Virus record (IMG/VR): IMGVR_UViG_3300029951_000064 | Direction: 5' to 3' (one strand) | Length of the DNA stretch: 39,543 bases | DNA from: a virus | Shown: in pieces, positions 37,738-39,543 of the stretch | Layout: every line of letters begins with the position of its first letter | Position numbering within the stretch: position 1 is the stretch's first letter | Position numbers and translations under genes: made by a program | Notes under the pieces: model-generated | The model's database searches: none | Told to the model about the DNA's origin: nothing | Seen by the model: only the letters and a program-made list of their open reading frames with translations

Positions 37738-39543
37738 GGGATCGACGATACGTTGCCGGTTACCGGGAAATTCCCCGAATTCGTCAGGCTATCATAAAGG
37801 AAATAGAATTCGGTCGGCGTCTCGTGCATGGTCGGGTCGCCATTGTAGGCGGCCGATGTGCCCAACTGAATTGCCTTCTGACGCTTGGTAAAGCTGATGT
37901 TGGTCCCTGGAGGCCCTGCGCAATTCCAAGATGTGGCATAGCCGATGTTCTGCCCGAAGAACGTCGTGTCAAAATCGTCGGTATAGAGCATTTCGCAATA
38001 GCCCTCGGCGTCCTCGATTACCCAAGGGTCTTCAAGGCGCGTGGTGTTTGGAAAGTCCCAATCGGTCGACACGGTATTCAGCGCTACGCCGCCGAAAGTC
38101 CACGTCGTCGGGCAAGTATTTCCGACCGGCAAAGGCGATGTGAAATAATCGATGGTTAGCCCGTTTGGCCTGACGGCAACGAACATGATCAATTGATAGG
38201 GCGTCTTGATGATATTCGGGAGCGCATAGCCGATCGGCGTAAGGGGATTCAGACCAGACTTGGCGTATGTCCCATTTACCGCAGGGGCAGACGCCAGCCC
38301 TATGGCTTCGTCGCCCCCGGTTCCCGTCGTGCCGGTCATCCCGCTGTAATACATGCAGGTGGTCGAACCAGCGGCTACATCCGATGGATGCAGAAGATAT
38401 GACGAGTCCCAAGTGCCGGTGCCGGCCGAGAGGATGACGCCATTGTTGGTCCAAGGTGAAGTTAAAACGGCGGTCGCCGACAGCAGGTCAATATTTTGCC
38501 AGCCTTGATTGGGGCTCGTATTGGCGACGTTTCGCGCGCCGCCCGGCCCATAAATCGTGCCCGCGATAACCGTATCCGGCGAGGAATAATAGGGCGACGA
38601 TTGCGCGCCGACGTTTGCCGCAATCGTGTTGAGCGGCGCGATTGGGTTGCCGCTATAGGCCACCGCTGCGCTAAAGTCGCGGAACGGGGGCGTCTGAGAC
38701 GACGACGCGGCCGTTAGGCCCTGAAAGGTAGCGCTTGCCAGCTTCGTATTATAGCCGGTGATCGACGTGAAAAATCCCACGGCGCCGTTCGTGCCGTCTT
38801 GGAATGAGCCGAGATTTGCCGCCGTTACAGCGGAAACGGAGCCTCCCGCGACCGGCGTTCCGTTGTTGATGGCGATAGCGCTCGAACCAGCCCCCCATTC
38901 GACGCCAGCGGCCAGATAGGGGTTCGATGAAAGCCATGTCCCTATGGAATTTACTGAGCTTCCTCCCCATCCGCTTGTCGCCGCTCCTCCCGAGGTATAG
39001 CCGAGGGCGGCGACATCGGTCGCGCCGACGCCGAGGAGGGTTTGGGCGACCGACTCGCCCATATTGTCGGTGACAAAAATCAGCGTCCCGGCCGCGCTCT
39101 CGATCAGGCTGAGAAGGGCGCCGCTGGCGGGGATGATATCGGCCGGTCGCGTGACGGTCGAGGTCGTCGTGGGGATAAGCGACGAACAGTGAGAGCCTAG
39201 TTCTTCCTGACCTCCCCAGGCGAGAAACGTCACGGCTCCCGTCGGGCCGCCCGCCGCCATATAGCCGATATTGAATTGCGACGTGGCCGACATCGTCGGG
39301 CCGACGATGCACACATGCTGCCAGCCCGAAGTGAGGGCAATAGTGGTCACCCCTTGCAACGCCGTGCCATTGTAGGCGGCGATCTGAATATTCTTTCCTA
39401 TGTCCCCTGCGGAGCCCGCCTCAAGCCATATGCCTCCCGAATAAGTCGTTCCGGTGCCGGTCCATGGCTGGTAAAGCTCTGAGTCATCACCCGAGCCGGA
39501 GGCTGAACGATTGACAGCAACTAGCGTCGCAGTGGTGTTCCCG
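37734..39543 (-). CDS. 3' part of the wrap-around 766-aa gene: rest of the LamG/jellyroll-like domain plus a C-terminal beta-propeller glycoside-hydrolase-like domain
   Basis: The frame is open from the window end to the stop at 37734. The track ORF starts at an internal TTG (39359), but 21 upstream codons (EAGSAGDIGKNIQIAAYNGTA) are open and in phase with 1..612. Motifs: TANAGVAPDGNTTATL, WGGQEELGSHCSSLIPTTTSTVTRPAD (LamG-type), and WDSSYLLHPS...CMYYSG...AIGLASAP, EDPWVIEDAEGYCEMLY, NIGYATSW (GH43/32-like blades). Confidence 0.6.
   Translation of the reverse strand, partial: GNTTATLVAVNRSASGSGDDSELYQPWTGTGTTYSGGIWLEAGSAGDIGKNIQIAAYNGTALQGVTTIALTSGWQHVCIVGPTMSATSQFNIGYMAAGGPTGAVTFLAWGGQEELGSHCSSLIPTTTSTVTRPADIIPASGALLSLIESAAGTLIFVTDNMGESVAQTLLGVGATDVAALGYTSGGAATSGWGGSSVNSIGTWLSSNPYLAAGVEWGAGSSAIAINNGTPVAGGSVSAVTAANLGSFQDGTNGAVGFFTSITGYNTKLASATFQGLTAASSSQTPPFRDFSAAVAYSGNPIAPLNTIAANVGAQSSPYYSSPDTVIAGTIYGPGGARNVANTSPNQGWQNIDLLSATAVLTSPWTNNGVILSAGTGTWDSSYLLHPSDVAAGSTTCMYYSGMTGTTGTGGDEAIGLASAPAVNGTYAKSGLNPLTPIGYALPNIIKTPYQLIMFVAVRPNGLTIDYFTSPLPVGNTCPTTWTFGGVALNTVSTDWDFPNTTRLEDPWVIEDAEGYCEMLYTDDFDTTFFGQNIGYATSWNCAGPPGTNISFTKRQKAIQLGTSAAYNGDPTMHETPTEFYFLYDSLTNSGNFPVTGNVSSIP
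39423..39543. repeat. Terminal direct repeat, identical to 1..121
   Basis: Read directly. Confidence 0.95.

Noticed and set aside
1-39543. CRISPR arrays, rRNA genes, transposases or IS elements, and toxin-antitoxin pairs of known type
   Set aside because: I saw no regularly spaced repeats, no rRNA-like conserved stretches, no DDE or HUH transposase motifs, and no recognisable classical TA pairs.

Overview
The window is a complete, circularly closed, GC-rich dsDNA phage genome. Bases 1-121 are identical to 39423-39543, so the unique length is 39,422 bp. Gene content looks podovirus-like: small and large terminase, portal, scaffold, an HK97-fold capsid protein of the epsilon15/BPP-1 type, a decoration protein, adaptor or nozzle-like proteins, three ejection proteins (one with a lytic transglycosylase motif) and a tail fibre. 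I see no tape measure, tube or sheath. There are two transcription arms diverging from a control region at about 13.69-13.80 kb. A short rightward arm (13.8-19.5 kb, + strand) carries small membrane proteins, a Bet-type recombinase, NinB, an HNH protein and a radical-SAM enzyme. A very long leftward arm (- strand) runs from 13.7 kb through the window start, wraps to 39.4 kb and ends at 19.2 kb. It carries a Cro/YdaS-like regulator, zinc-ribbon proteins, KTSC, a DnaA-domain-IV protein, two DNA methyltransferases, an Rmf/CrpP-like protein, the packaging, head, tail and lysis genes, and an SGNH hydrolase. Most gene junctions are ATGA, GTGA, TTGA or TGATG overlaps. I recognised no integrase, CI-type repressor, DNA or RNA polymerase, partition genes, rRNA, CRISPR array or reverse transcriptase. 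The observations most worth follow-up are these. (1) A tRNA-derived element lies antisense to the late operon, right next to a GNAT acetyltransferase inserted in the ejection-protein module. (2) A cassette of signal-peptide proteins sits between portal and scaffold and spans the circular junction; it includes a 766-aa LamG-like plus beta-propeller glycosidase-like protein. (3) A conserved 28-nt promoter/operator motif occurs three times in the rightward arm. (4) A dense GTCAC/GTGAC iteron-like cluster lies inside a putative replication gene. (5) An orphan radical-SAM gene follows an HNH gene. (6) The lysis region has a C-terminally membrane-anchored GH108 endolysin and a frameshifted DUF3309-like gene. 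All functional calls come from motif recognition by eye; no searches were run.
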